This document shows positions 62,684 to 64,000 of a stretch of DNA of 64,000 bases, one piece after another. Where the stretch lies: contig CAVTTN010000002.1 in assembly GCA_963737655.1 (NCBI GenBank), positions 4,608,001 to 4,672,000 of the forward strand, read 5' to 3'. Position numbers and translations under genes: made by a program. A model generated the notes under the pieces. It made no database searches and was not told where the DNA came from. It saw only the letters and a program-made list of their open reading frames with translations. Origin of the DNA: an uncultured Planctomycetota bacterium. Lineage in GTDB: Bacteria > Planctomycetota > Planctomycetia > Isosphaerales > Isosphaeraceae. Position 1 is the first letter of the stretch; each line of letters starts with the position of its first letter.

Positions 62684-63075
62684 CACCGGGCGTCCCAGAA
62701 GCTGCGCAACAGCGCCTCGACATCGGCCGCATCGTAGCCCACCAAATGCATGCGCATGGTGGCCCCGGATCCGTTGTCCAGCTCGAGCCGACACTCCTTG
62801 CCGACCAGGACCGGCGAAGGCAGCTCGACGAACGCAGGGCCGCTCGACCGCGGTCCGCTGGCATCCGGCTCGGTCCGTTCCTTCAAGCGGTAGTAATCGA
62901 GGCCGAGCGCCGCGGCGGTGCGACTGACCCCATGAACTTTCGCCAGCCGGGCGGCCATCGCCCAAAGCACTTGGGGAATCCGGCCGCCCGCCTGCCCCTG
63001 CCTCCGCCACGCCTGAAACCGGTTCCGCCCACGCTCCAGATCGGGCGGTAACTGCTCACGCTTGCTCGTGCCCAT
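62683..63075 (-). CDS. tnpA: IS66 accessory protein (TnpA position)
   Basis: HTH-like GVSRTAAALGLDY, FVEL..LELDNG; TGATG overlap with tnpB. Confidence 0.75.
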   Translation of the reverse strand: MGTSKREQLPPDLERGRNRFQAWRRQGQAGGRIPQVLWAMAARLAKVHGVSRTAAALGLDYYRLKERTEPDASGPRSSGPAFVELPSPVLVGKECRLELDNGSGATMRMHLVGYDAADVEALLRSFWDAR

Positions 63076-63453
63076 CGCGGTCCTCCAAGACGAGGACCGC
63101 CACCCTAGCGGATCAGCCAGAAGAATTCATGCACGCTTGCCGGAAGGACACGGAGCCTCTGGTCCTGCTCGTCGTCGGCCTCGCCGGTCGCGTCTCGCAT
63201 CGACGACGCCATCGGTCGCGCCCCCGGAGTCGTGCCCATCGGTCGGGCTCGTCGTCGTCTCCACCGGTCGTGCGCCGCGTCGTCGGTCTCGCGGGTCGGG
63301 CTCGTCGTCGTCGCGGGTCGCGCTCCTGGTCTCGTCGTCGTGGGTCGTGCGCGTCGTCGTCCTCGCCGGCCCGTCGGCCATGCCCTTGTCGGCGCGTGTC
63401 GTCGGTGCCAAGATGGCGTGGTCGGTCCGTGGGCGCCTCCGAGATGCCGCCGC

Positions 63454-64000
63454 CTCCCCGTGAACTCTTCGCGCCGGCGGTTCGGCATCGGTTGATACTA
63501 TGTGGGCGTGATCATCGATCGGCCCGCATCCCCCCCGGCCCCCGCGACGACGGGGACGGCCCGATCCGGCTCGGCGGGGCTTGCGGCCGGGCGCCCCGCC
63601 TCCGACCCGTCGCCCTCACGACGGCGGGGATGGCGGCGACTTCGCCACCAGCTCGTAGCCCAGCGACCTCGCCTTGCGCCGCAGCGAACGCTCCTGCTTC
63701 CGCCTCACCTCCGCCTCGTACTCCGCCAGCGACCTCGACACGTACTCCTCGCCGTGCCTGAGCAGCCGGTACACCAGCCGCGACAGCTTGTGCGCCGTCG
63801 CCGTGATCGCCCCCCGGCCGCCGATCCGGCCCTTGATCCGCCGGTAGAACTGGCCCGTCGCCGTCGCCGTCCGGCCCGCCGCCTGCGCCGCCATCCGCAG
63901 CGCCTGCCCCACCCGGTCCTTGCCCCGGCGCGGCGTGCGACGCCGCTCGGTCTTGTTGCTCCGGTCGGTCCGCGGGCAGAGGCCCAGCCAGCTGGCGAAG
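63454..64000 (-). mobile_element. IS110-family element, partial (transposase 3' end at 63616 to >64000 plus downstream non-coding end)
   Basis: FASWLGLCP, ALRMAAQ, AITATAHKLSRLVYRLL; boundary near GTTCACGGGGAG is tentative. Confidence 0.85.

Larger units (their letters stand above)
60524..63140 (-). mobile_element. IS66-family element (tnpA-tnpB-tnpC)
   Basis: Three-gene order; GCAAGCG (GTAAGCG-like) end at 63140; other end not resolved. Confidence 0.88.

Noticed and set aside
63127..63411. 94-aa Thr/Asp/Arg-rich ORF between the IS elements
   Set aside because: Low complexity, no recognisable motif, runs into the IS66 end; likely a relic or non-coding.

Overview
High-GC planctomycete chromosomal DNA, Isosphaeraceae-like by gene content (DUF1559 prepilin-like proteins, LEPR-xLL-motif exported proteins, ECF sigma/Ser-Thr kinase pairs, PEP-CTERM). 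About 1-41 kb is mostly backbone: 2-oxoacid:ferredoxin oxidoreductase, glycosyltransferase, dtd, asnB, nitrilase-family protein, pepA, S41 and S53 peptidases, a multiheme cytochrome/CRTAC1 pair, a ferritin-like protein, an ABC-type permease, a DUF1559 operon and a CusBA-like RND system. From 41.1 kb on it looks like a tRNA-Ser-anchored island with two ~470-bp direct repeats carrying tRNA-Ser(UGA) remnants, two mirror-image ECF-kinase-surface protein modules, gene relics, an IS66 and a partial IS110. Most notable: (1) two signal-peptide/Cys/C-terminal RPPR leader ORFs that resemble ribosome-arrest sensors, one inside a probable copper locus; (2) a poly-C tract in the -35/-10 spacer of a low-GC DUF1559 cassette (candidate phase variation); (3) an apparently circularly permuted Tat-exported ferritin-like domain; (4) GTAG-type REP doublets that supply stop codons. 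Many genes carry single-base frameshifts, probably long-read errors. All family calls come from reading motifs by eye, not from database searches.
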